From assembly GCA_000091165.1 (NCBI GenBank), contig FP565575.1, positions 2,280,001 to 2,312,000 of the forward strand: a DNA stretch of 32,000 nt, written 5' to 3'. The translations under genes and the position numbers were made by a program. Position 1 is the first letter of the stretch, and each line of letters begins with the position of its first letter. Under the pieces are notes generated by a model. It did not search any database. It was not told the origin of the DNA and saw only the letters and a list, made by a program, of their open reading frames with translations. Source of the DNA: Candidatus Methylomirabilis oxygeniifera. GTDB taxonomy: Bacteria > Methylomirabilota > Methylomirabilia > Methylomirabilales > Methylomirabilaceae. Below are positions 10,073-18,312 of this stretch, in pieces.

Positions 10073-11068
10073 TTATCCCTCGGCTATCTCTGCAAGCCCT
10101 TCTTGCGGGACCTGCTGCCGCGCCTCTCTGGCTTGGAGCAGGTAATAGATCGATATGAGTTGCACAAGGGCCAGGGCATCGCTGTGGCCGGAGGCTTCGC
10201 CTGCGGCAAAACTGCCGAGCTTATCCGGCGCCAGATCTTGAATCAATTTCATTGGAGCGAGGAGATGGGCCCAGATCCTTTGCTCCAGCCCTGCCGCCGT
10301 TTGTGGGGAGATGGAACCGTCGATCTCCAGAGTATGGAAAGGCTGACCATAATAGTCCTCATCCACCAGCCTGACGGCCCGCCTGGTCCTCCGGCCCATC
10401 GCCTCTTGCAGCAGTTCATCCAGACCGGTTTTCGGCAGGGTTCGACTGAGGAACAGACGGACGTTCAACTGGGCATCATCCTGCGGACTCCAGGTGCCGC
10501 TGGGCGGGTAAAACCGGACGATGATATCAGCATATTCCTTCTGAGGTTCGATATGCCGTCTGATATCATCCTGCCTGGCCTCGATCTCCTTCATCACCTG
10601 CTCAATACTGTAGCCTCGCCTTCCGGCATCTCGATGGATCTTCCAAGCCCGTTTCAGTTCCTCATCCGGGTCCAGATACACCTTCAGGTCGAAGACATTC
10701 CTCAGTTCCTGGGTAAAAAAGGGGAATAGACCGCCAATGATGACGATCTGGTTTGGCTCGATCTCTTCAGGTTCCGCGAAACAGCCGGTCGAATGATCGT
10801 ACACCGGCTTGATGATCTTCTCGCCGTTTTTGAGCTGCCAGGCGTGTTTCCCCATTAAGGCCATGTTATTGGCCGCCGGATGAAGGGCTGTCAGTCCGTA
10901 GATCTTGCGTTGAACACGGTCGAACGTGTGGTAATCGTCAAGATTGATGTTGGTAATCTTTTCAGGACCGAAAATCTTATAGATGCCGCCGACGAACGTA
11001 GACTTCCCGGTCCCACTATCCCCGCCGATTCCGAGCAGGAGCGGGGTTGTCTTGGCCATCTGCATCAT
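10073..11068 (-). CDS. prk: Phosphoribulokinase
   Basis: P-loop GIGGDSGTGKST and NLDDYHTFDR; 3 nt from gap within a Calvin-cycle block. Confidence 0.9.
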   Translation of the reverse strand: MMQMAKTTPLLLGIGGDSGTGKSTFVGGIYKIFGPEKITNINLDDYHTFDRVQRKIYGLTALHPAANNMALMGKHAWQLKNGEKIIKPVYDHSTGCFAEPEEIEPNQIVIIGGLFPFFTQELRNVFDLKVYLDPDEELKRAWKIHRDAGRRGYSIEQVMKEIEARQDDIRRHIEPQKEYADIIVRFYPPSGTWSPQDDAQLNVRLFLSRTLPKTGLDELLQEAMGRRTRRAVRLVDEDYYGQPFHTLEIDGSISPQTAAGLEQRIWAHLLAPMKLIQDLAPDKLGSFAAGEASGHSDALALVQLISIYYLLQAREARQQVPQEGLAEIAEG

Positions 11069-11355
11069 CTCCTTTCACGTGGATCGCATGAAGAACAGAA
11101 TGATGTCTCGGGTTTGGGCTGGTCAACCATGCTCTCGCTGTCACTTCACAGCGAAAGGCCCTACCACCCGTTTATTTTCACGGCGATAGTCGTACCACCA
11201 CCGGTCTCCGATTTTACGTGAACGAAATTCTATCACTTGCCCTATTTTCTGTCTAGCGGTTGTTTCGAAATAGACAGTAAATCCGGCTTGACATCCGGCG
11301 CGTCGGTGCGATAGCTTCCAGTTGGTTATACACAACTACCATGTGAGGAGGTACA

Positions 11356-11844
11356 ATGGCAGCGTTTCGTATCAGGGTAAACCACGAAAATCTCAAGTTC
11401 AGCTCAGCTCACTTTGTGCTCTTCGGTAATGGTCAGTGCGAGTCTCTTCACGGTCATAACTATAGAGCCTGGGTAGAGCTCGAAGGGTCGCTTCAGCCGA
11501 GCGACTACGTCATGGATTTCCTCGCAGTGAAGCCGCTTTTGAAACAGATCTGCGAACGTCTGGACCACCGAATGCTGCTGCCGACCGAAAACGAGGATTT
11601 GAAAATCAGGGAGGGCAGTTCGGTGGTCGAGGTGATTTATGGCGCAAAGCAGTATAGCTTCCCTGCGGAAGATGTACTGCTGCTTCCGATTCATAACGCC
11701 ACCGCAGAGCTGTTGGCCCGGTATATCTGCGGCGAGTTGAAGACAGAGATCAAGAACCGATACGGGGGCGAAGGGGTCGTCACAATCAGAGTCGGCGTGC
11801 AGGAATCGTTCGGGCAGGAGGCCTCCTACGAGGAGGCTTTCTAA
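11356..11844 (+). CDS. 6-pyruvoyl-tetrahydropterin synthase family protein
   Basis: FSSAHFVLFGNGQCESLHGHNYRAWVELEG metal-binding His pattern and a C-terminal VGVQESFGQEASYEE motif. Confidence 0.88.
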   Translation: MAAFRIRVNHENLKFSSAHFVLFGNGQCESLHGHNYRAWVELEGSLQPSDYVMDFLAVKPLLKQICERLDHRMLLPTENEDLKIREGSSVVEVIYGAKQYSFPAEDVLLLPIHNATAELLARYICGELKTEIKNRYGGEGVVTIRVGVQESFGQEASYEEAF

Positions 11845-12584
11845 GCTTCCGCCTTCGTGCGAATCAGGTCTTCCCGCGTGATCGATCCGCTGTGCAGCGC
11901 GGTGGCGAGCAACACCCCGGACGCACCGGCGCGCTGGAGGAGGATAAGCTCCGCGACTGACGCGATTCCGCCGCCCACGATGATTCGCATGCCGGGCGCG
12001 GCCCTCGCCACCCCGCCGAGCAGTTCCGTATCTGCTCCGGCGCCCGCGCCGATCCTGTCCATCCTCAGGAGAATCATCTCACGAAATCCGAGCGACAGCA
12101 GTCGGCAGGCCGTCGCGCTCGCGTCCTTTGACTCGGTTGAGGGTTCTCTCCAGGTCACGTCTTGAGTTGTAAGGTCGAGGCTGAAGAGCGTCCTTTCGGT
12201 TCCCAATGCGGTAAGGAGGCCTGATGCCGTGTTGAGGCTCGTCAGCGACTCAGAGGCGATAATGACCCTCTGCGTACCGGCATCCAGCAGCCGTTTCGCC
12301 TGCACGATGTCGTGGATGCCGGCATCGACCAGCAGTTCAAGCCGTGACTCAGAGGCCGCCATCTTGCTGATGGTGGCCAGATTATCGCCGCGGCCCATGA
12401 TGGCATCCAGATCGGCGATGTAGACCACATCACACTCGAGGGTTTCACGGTATGCCCGCAACAGGGCGACAGGATCGGCTCCTTGCAGCAGTACACTCCG
12501 GATCGGTCTGTACGCCGACCGCTCTCCGCGGCGGGCGTGGACCGCAACCCCTCCCATGATATCGATAACAGGTATGACCTGCAT
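11841..12584 (-). CDS. HisA/HisF-related TIM-barrel protein (probable C1-cofactor pathway protein)
   Basis: MQVIPVIDIMGGVAVHARRGER...VYIADLDAI...LLVDAGI...IIVGGGIAS, HisA-like. The track ORF reaches 12833, but the plausible ATG is at 12584. Confidence 0.8.
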   Translation of the reverse strand: MQVIPVIDIMGGVAVHARRGERSAYRPIRSVLLQGADPVALLRAYRETLECDVVYIADLDAIMGRGDNLATISKMAASESRLELLVDAGIHDIVQAKRLLDAGTQRVIIASESLTSLNTASGLLTALGTERTLFSLDLTTQDVTWREPSTESKDASATACRLLSLGFREMILLRMDRIGAGAGADTELLGGVARAAPGMRIIVGGGIASVAELILLQRAGASGVLLATALHSGSITREDLIRTKAEA

Positions 12585-12608
12585 GGCAATAGCCGCTGTT
12601 CCTCCACG

Positions 12609-13658
12609 ATGAAAATCGTCGTACATGAATCTATCACGGCGGGCGGGTTGGGTGAAAGCTCGATCCCGCCGACGCTGCTGGCAGAAGGGCGCATGATGCT
12701 TGAGGCGCTGCTCACCGATCTGCTTGACCTTCAGGAACATAGGCTGTTCGCGCAAGTCGACCGGAGATACCTCCCACAGCTCCACACTCGTCCAGGCCTT
12801 CAGGTTGTTGACAGCAGGAACAGCTACTCTCAATGCTTCCGACAGATGATCGATGAGGCGGATGCCGTGTTTCTAATAGCTCCGGAGACAGGCGGCCAAC
12901 TCAAAACGATCACGGCGATGGTCGAGAAGTGCGGTAAGTTAGTAATAGGTTCCAGCGTTGCCGGTGTTAAGACCGCCGGCGATAAGACGCTGACATACCG
13001 ATTACTGAAGGCGCACGGCATCCCCACCCCCAGGACGCTCCGCCTTCGACCCGCTGATGATTCGGCATCGATAGGCCGCCGGATCGGCTACCCCATGGTA
13101 GTCAAACCGATTGACGGGGTGGGATGCCACGGCGTGTTCGTCGCCAGGCAACAATCGGAATTGGAGCAAGCGATCGCGACAGCCAGGCAAAAAGCATCCG
13201 ATGCGATACTCCTTGCACAAACCTACATCGACGGCGTCGCCGCCAGCGTCTCGTTCCTCACCGATGGGAGTCGGTCCGTTCCTCTGACCTTGAACCTCCA
13301 GGAGATCAGAGGACGGAAGAGGCTCAGGTATCATGGAGGTCGTATCCCGTTCGATCATCCGCTCCGCACCCTGGCGTTCCGTCGGGCCGAGGAGGTCGTG
13401 CAGGCGATTCCAGGCCTGAAGGGGTATGTCGGGATCGATCTGGTCCTGACCGACCACGACGCGGTGGTCATCGAGGTCAACCCCCGCCTCACAACCTCGT
13501 ATGTCGGTGTCCGAAAGGTCCTCCGGCAGAATCCGGCTGCCCTGATTCTTGACGCCGTAGCAGGCACACTTCCGGATCCTGCCGCAATCCAGATCGTCGG
13601 GTCGGCGCGGTTTACCACACGTTCCTGTGAAGTGAGCACCCTGGGGAGCCGGCAATGA
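12609..13658 (+). CDS. ATP-grasp ligase, similar to tyramine--glutamate ligase MfnD / methylotroph C1-cofactor ATP-grasp
   Basis: MKIVVHESITAGGLGE...GYPMVVKPIDGVGCHGVF...KGYVGIDLVLTDHDAVVIEVNPRLTTSYVG. Translation start moved inward from 12483. Confidence 0.78.
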   Translation: MKIVVHESITAGGLGESSIPPTLLAEGRMMLEALLTDLLDLQEHRLFAQVDRRYLPQLHTRPGLQVVDSRNSYSQCFRQMIDEADAVFLIAPETGGQLKTITAMVEKCGKLVIGSSVAGVKTAGDKTLTYRLLKAHGIPTPRTLRLRPADDSASIGRRIGYPMVVKPIDGVGCHGVFVARQQSELEQAIATARQKASDAILLAQTYIDGVAASVSFLTDGSRSVPLTLNLQEIRGRKRLRYHGGRIPFDHPLRTLAFRRAEEVVQAIPGLKGYVGIDLVLTDHDAVVIEVNPRLTTSYVGVRKVLRQNPAALILDAVAGTLPDPAAIQIVGSARFTTRSCEVSTLGSRQ

Positions 13659-14689
13659 TCCGGGTCATCGGATGGGACGTCGGCGGCGCAAACGTGAAGG
13701 CCACCTACCTTCTTTTTGCTGACGGACGCGCCGAGAGCGGGCGTACGGTTCGCCGCTATTTTGAGCTATGGAACAACAGCGGCGGTCTTCGCTCACTCCT
13801 GCAGGAGATCTACAGCGATCTTGGGCCGGCCGATGCGATGGTAGTAACCATGACCGGGGAGCTGTGCGATGCGTTCGACGACAGAGCCGAAGGGGTGGCA
13901 TCCATCATCGACGCGGTGAGAGAGGCGGTCCCTGCAATCCCGCTGTATGCCGTCGATCTTGAGGGGAGGCTCATTCGCTTAGACGGAAGTGCGGTGGAAC
14001 TACTTACCTTTGCGCCGACAAATTGGATCGCCGAGGCGTTGGTACTGGCACGCCTGCAACCGGACTGCCTGATGGTGGATATCGGCAGCACCACCACCGA
14101 TCTGATTCCGATCGTAGGCGGGAAAATCGCCGCACAGGGCAAACGGGACATCGAGCGGTTGGCACGTGGGGAGCTGATCTACACGGGCGCCCTCCGTACG
14201 CCTGTGGCTGCCATCGTGTCCCAGATCCCCATACACGGGACGATCTGCCGGATCGCGGCCGAATACTTCGCCATCTCGGCGGATGTGCATCTGGTATTAG
14301 GCAGGCTCGCGCCGGAGGACTATACCTGCGCGACCCCTGACGGCCGCGAGAAAACGAAGGGGGGGGCGCTCCGCCGCCTGGCCAGGGTAGCCTGCGAAGA
14401 CAGTCGGCATCTCACAGCCGGTGAACTTCACGCGATGGCGGCCTATATCGCCGAACACCAGATCCAACAGATCACAGAGGGGATGTTTCAGGTGCTCTCC
14501 AGGATCGAGAACGGCCTCTGTCTTCCTGTGGTGCCGGTGGGGATCGGCGCCTTCCTGGGGGAGACCTGCGCAAGGCGGCTGAACCTTTCGACGTGTAACC
14601 TGTCAGCGCTCACCGAGAGCGGATCTGTCACACTAAGCCCGTGCGCGGCGGCGGCCCACCTCTTGGGAGAGGCGCTCTCACGAGGATAA
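13655..14689 (+). CDS. Hydantoinase-like H4MPT-linked C1 transfer pathway protein
   Basis: MIRVIGWDVGGANVKATYL...VTMTGELCDAF...CLMVDIGSTTTDLIPI, ASKHA-like motifs typical of this family. Overlaps the stop of the ATP-grasp gene by 4 nt. Confidence 0.82.
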   Translation: MIRVIGWDVGGANVKATYLLFADGRAESGRTVRRYFELWNNSGGLRSLLQEIYSDLGPADAMVVTMTGELCDAFDDRAEGVASIIDAVREAVPAIPLYAVDLEGRLIRLDGSAVELLTFAPTNWIAEALVLARLQPDCLMVDIGSTTTDLIPIVGGKIAAQGKRDIERLARGELIYTGALRTPVAAIVSQIPIHGTICRIAAEYFAISADVHLVLGRLAPEDYTCATPDGREKTKGGALRRLARVACEDSRHLTAGELHAMAAYIAEHQIQQITEGMFQVLSRIENGLCLPVVPVGIGAFLGETCARRLNLSTCNLSALTESGSVTLSPCAAAAHLLGEALSRG

Positions 14690-14811
14690 GGGCTCAACGG
14701 CGTTGCGGATTACTTACCAGCAAGGCACAACGTTCGATCCGACCACACGTGAGAAGACGCCGGCCGAGCGCAGATGAGATTTCGCTGACGCGACGTTCGT
14801 CGAAGGGCAAG

Positions 14812-16989
14812 ATGACCATGAATTTTTTCGCCACCACCGCGCAAGGGATGGAGCACCTGCTGTGCGATGAGCTGCGCGCTCTCGGAGCGGAGATCACCTC
14901 GGAGACGCGGGCCGGTGCCTCATTTCGCGGGGAGCTCGAACTGGCCTATCGCGCCTGCTTGTGGTCACGCACCGCCAATCGAATCTTGATGCCGCTATGC
15001 ACCTTCCCCGCCGCAGACGAGACCGCGCTCTACGATGGCGTCCGCACCATTCGCTGGTCGGAGCATCTCACCCCGGCGCAGACCATCGCCGTCGACTTTC
15101 GATCGTCCCACTCTAAGATCACCCACGCTCACTTCGGCGCGCTCAAGACCAAAGACGCGATCGTCGATCAATTTCGCGACGAACGAAATGCGCGTCCCTC
15201 GGTCAAGGTGGTCGAGCCGGATGTTCGGGTCAATGTCTACCTCCACGAGGACGAGGCAACGATCAGCCTCGATCTGTCGGGCGAGAGCCTGCACCGACGC
15301 GGCTATCGCGCTCAGGCCGCCGAGGCGCCGCTGAAGGAGACTCTCGCGGCGGCAATCCTTTTGCTCGCCGATTGGCCGGCGCTCAGCAAGCTCGGTACAC
15401 CCCTACTCGATCCCATGTGCGGCTCGGGGACGCTCCCCATCGAAGCGGCGCTCATCGCCGCGGACATCGCGCCCGGACTGAAGCGGAGCTACTTTGGGTT
15501 TCTCAATTGGCTTGGCCACGACGCCCGGATGTGGCGTCGAGTGTTGGCGGAGGCGGAGGCCAGCGAGATTCGCGACGCGAAAAGCATCCCGCCAATCGTC
15601 GGCTTCGACGTCGACGGCCGCGCGGTGCGAATGGCCCTCGAGAACGTCGAACGGGCCGGCCTGCGAGGGCGAGTGCATATCGAGAAGCGCGAGCTATCCG
15701 AGGCGCGGCCGCTCGAACGCCGCCGCGCACCACGCGGTGAAGGACCGCTCGGAGTCCTCGTCAGTAACCCGCCCTATGGGGAGCGCATGGGTGAGGAGGA
15801 TTCCCTCGGGCTGCTGTACGAGACCATCGGCAATCTTCTCCGCCGCGAATTCACCGGCTGGACCGGGTACGTCTTCACGGGCAACCCGGAGCTGGCCAAG
15901 CGCGTCGGCCTGCGCGCGGCCAAGCGGCACATCTTGTGGAACGGCGCCATCGAGTGCCGTCTCCTCGAATTTCCGATCTCGAAGGAGAAGGTTCGTGCCA
16001 CCGACGATCCCGGGCCGGCATGGCGAAAACCTCGCCCGCCCCGTCCACCCGCCCCGGAAGCGCAGATGTTCGTCAACCGCCTACAGAAGAACTGGCGCCA
16101 CTTGCGCAAGTGGGCGAAGCGCGAAGGCGTGTCCTGCTACCGCATCTACGACGCCGATCTCCCGGAGTACGCGGTGGCCGTCGATCTGTACGAACAATCG
16201 GCGCACGTACAGGAGTATCAAGCTCCGAAGACCGTCGACGAGAAGAAAACCGAAGAGCGCCTCGAGGACATCATGGCGCTGTTGCCCGAAGCGCTCGGCC
16301 TGCCACGCGAAGACATCTTCTTGAAGGTGCGCCGTCGCCAACGGGGCCGGGAGCAGTACGAGAAGCAGGGCAGTGAGAGCGCGGTGCGCGAGGTCGGCGA
16401 AGGCGGCTATCGCTTCCTCATCAACCTGAGCGACTACCTCGACACCGGCCTCTTCCTCGACAACCGGCGCCTGCGGGCGATGATCGGCGAGGCGGCGCGC
16501 GATCGCGATTTTCTCAACCTCTTTTGCTACACCGCAACCGCCACCGTCTATGCCGCCAAGGGCGGAGCCACATCGACCACCAGCGTCGATCTATCGAACA
16601 CCTACCTCGACTGGGCACAGCAAAACTTTGCGCTCAACAACATCACCGGGAACACACACCACCTTGTCCGCGCCGACTGCAGCGAGTGGCTTGCCGAGCC
16701 GCGCTCGCCCTATGGACTCATCTTCTTGGCTCCCCCGACGTTTTCCAACTCGACGCGCATGGACACCGTGTTCGACCTGCAGCAGGGCTACATTCCCCTC
16801 GTGGAACAGTGCGCCGACCTGCTCACCCCCGACGGGATTCTCTTCTTCTCCACCAATTTCCGACGCTTCACGTTCAACCCGGCGGCATTCCCGGGACTGC
16901 GCAGCGAGAACATCTCACGGATGACGATTCCACAAGACTTCGCGCGCGATCCCCGCGTCCATCAAGCGTGGAAGATCGTACGCCGCTGA
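14812..16989 (+). CDS. rlmL: Fused 23S rRNA methyltransferase RlmKL (bifunctional RlmL/RlmK type)
   Basis: THUMP-like N-terminus, DPMCGSGTLPIEAAL, VSNPPYGER, then a second SAM-MTase domain (FLNLFCYTATATV, APPTFSNS). Start chosen at ATG 14812 or 14818 rather than 14641. Confidence 0.9.
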   Translation: MTMNFFATTAQGMEHLLCDELRALGAEITSETRAGASFRGELELAYRACLWSRTANRILMPLCTFPAADETALYDGVRTIRWSEHLTPAQTIAVDFRSSHSKITHAHFGALKTKDAIVDQFRDERNARPSVKVVEPDVRVNVYLHEDEATISLDLSGESLHRRGYRAQAAEAPLKETLAAAILLLADWPALSKLGTPLLDPMCGSGTLPIEAALIAADIAPGLKRSYFGFLNWLGHDARMWRRVLAEAEASEIRDAKSIPPIVGFDVDGRAVRMALENVERAGLRGRVHIEKRELSEARPLERRRAPRGEGPLGVLVSNPPYGERMGEEDSLGLLYETIGNLLRREFTGWTGYVFTGNPELAKRVGLRAAKRHILWNGAIECRLLEFPISKEKVRATDDPGPAWRKPRPPRPPAPEAQMFVNRLQKNWRHLRKWAKREGVSCYRIYDADLPEYAVAVDLYEQSAHVQEYQAPKTVDEKKTEERLEDIMALLPEALGLPREDIFLKVRRRQRGREQYEKQGSESAVREVGEGGYRFLINLSDYLDTGLFLDNRRLRAMIGEAARDRDFLNLFCYTATATVYAAKGGATSTTSVDLSNTYLDWAQQNFALNNITGNTHHLVRADCSEWLAEPRSPYGLIFLAPPTFSNSTRMDTVFDLQQGYIPLVEQCADLLTPDGILFFSTNFRRFTFNPAAFPGLRSENISRMTIPQDFARDPRVHQAWKIVRR

Positions 16990-17050
16990 GCGCTATGTTC
17001 TTGCCTTCTCGTCGATCCCGATGATCTCACGGAGGGAGAAGGGAGTAGAA

Positions 17051-18070
17051 GGGGTCAAATCTTTTGTTGATTGATAAGCGCCTGAACCTGTTCGACCCGC
17101 TCTCTGAATGGCCCATCCACCTTGATCGCTGAACGAACTGCGTGGCAGGCCCATCCCACTACACCGTAACTCCCAACTCCAAAATGCTCCGCCGTCTCTG
17201 CGAGCGTCAAGTCACACAACCGCTTGACCAGATACATCGCTGCTTTTCTCGCCTCGCTTGCCTGTCCTCGACCCCCGCGCACCAGATCCTCCACAGCCAC
17301 CTGATACACTTGGGCCACCTCCCTCAGTACTTCATCAACCCCGGGCCGCACCTCCCTCCGCTCATACCGAGGATGCTCAGCCGTCAGTCGGCTGACATGC
17401 TGGCGGATCCGCTCAACAAATCGCTCCCCGCCCAACACCGGACTCCTCCGACTCCGAGCATAAAACTCTCGAATCCCGTCGTCGTTGCCGGATCGCACAA
17501 ATTGGTGAAACGCTCTTGGATCACTGCTGAATCGTTCCAAGATCTCTCCGGTCCTGAGCCATTCGGGAAGTGCCTTGCCCCGGATGTAGAAACGATGACT
17601 ACTCCAACGATACGCTTCTGGCTCCCTCACGAATCCTCCCTCCACGGGGTTCACATGAATGTACCGCACGACCGCAGTCAAGTACTCGTCCGCATCAATT
17701 AGCAGCGCTTTATATCGGCCCCGAAAAAGCGAGCCGTCGCTCCGGTGAGCACGGTTGAACCGCTGCGTGTACAGGCCATCCACATGATGCATGATGCGGG
17801 AGAGATTCCCCTCCGGTGTCCTCAGACACACATGGTAGTGATTGTCCATCAGACAGTACGCGAACACCTCCACACCCCACAGCTCATGCGTCTCACTGAG
17901 CGTGCGGAGACATTGCTCATCGTCCGCTTTGCCCAGGAAGGTCTTCCGGCGGGAGGTGCCCCGGTTCATCACATGATACACCGCCCCCGGAAATTCGATC
18001 CGCAATGGCCGTGACATACGGGAATCACGTCGCAGGGCAACGACAATTAGTCAACAACAGATTTGACCCC
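17051..18070 (-). mobile_element. RAYT/IS200-IS605-like element with near-perfect 20-bp inverted ends
   Basis: Left end GGGGTCAAATCTTTTGTTGA (17051-17070); right end TCAACAACAGATTTGACCCC (18051-18070), 19 of 20 bases inverted-complementary; encloses the transposase. Confidence 0.8.
17055..18017 (-). CDS. REP-associated tyrosine transposase (Y1, IS200-like fold) with C-terminal HTH
   Basis: MSRPLRIEFPGAVYHVMNRG...FAYCLMDNHYHVCLRTPEGNLSRIMHHVDGLYTQRFNRAH..LFRGRYKALLID: HxH (NHYHV) and catalytic-tyrosine region. Confidence 0.9.
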   Translation of the reverse strand: MSRPLRIEFPGAVYHVMNRGTSRRKTFLGKADDEQCLRTLSETHELWGVEVFAYCLMDNHYHVCLRTPEGNLSRIMHHVDGLYTQRFNRAHRSDGSLFRGRYKALLIDADEYLTAVVRYIHVNPVEGGFVREPEAYRWSSHRFYIRGKALPEWLRTGEILERFSSDPRAFHQFVRSGNDDGIREFYARSRRSPVLGGERFVERIRQHVSRLTAEHPRYERREVRPGVDEVLREVAQVYQVAVEDLVRGGRGQASEARKAAMYLVKRLCDLTLAETAEHFGVGSYGVVGWACHAVRSAIKVDGPFRERVEQVQALINQQKI

Positions 18071-18071
18071 T

Positions 18072-18312
18072 TTACTACACGCCCACCTATGCCTCGTGGC
18101 TCAATCAGGTGGAGATCTGGTTCAATCTTATCACGCAGCAGGCGATCCGTCGGGGCACCTTTCGCAGCGTGAAGGACCTCATCACGAAGATCAACGCGTT
18201 CGTCGCTCACTATAATCCGACCTCACAACCGTTCGTCTGGACTGCTACGGCTGAGTCGATCCTGCAGAAGATCGAACGACTTTGTAAAGCTATTCGCGGG
18301 ACACGACACTAG
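18072..18312 (+). pseudogene. C-terminal fragment of an IS630-family transposase, truncated at the RAYT element boundary
   Basis: YYTPTYASWLNQVEIWFNLITQQAIRRGTFRSVKDLITKINAFVAHYNPTSQPFVWT; the coding frame starts immediately after the right inverted end, with no upstream part. Confidence 0.85.

Noticed and set aside
11141-11335. 64-aa minus-strand ORF upstream of prk
   Set aside because: No recognisable domain or ribosome-binding context, so there is not enough support to call it a gene.
15494-16324. 276-aa plus-strand ORF inside rlmKL
   Set aside because: Alternative frame of a confidently assigned methyltransferase, with arginine/serine/proline-rich low-information sequence.
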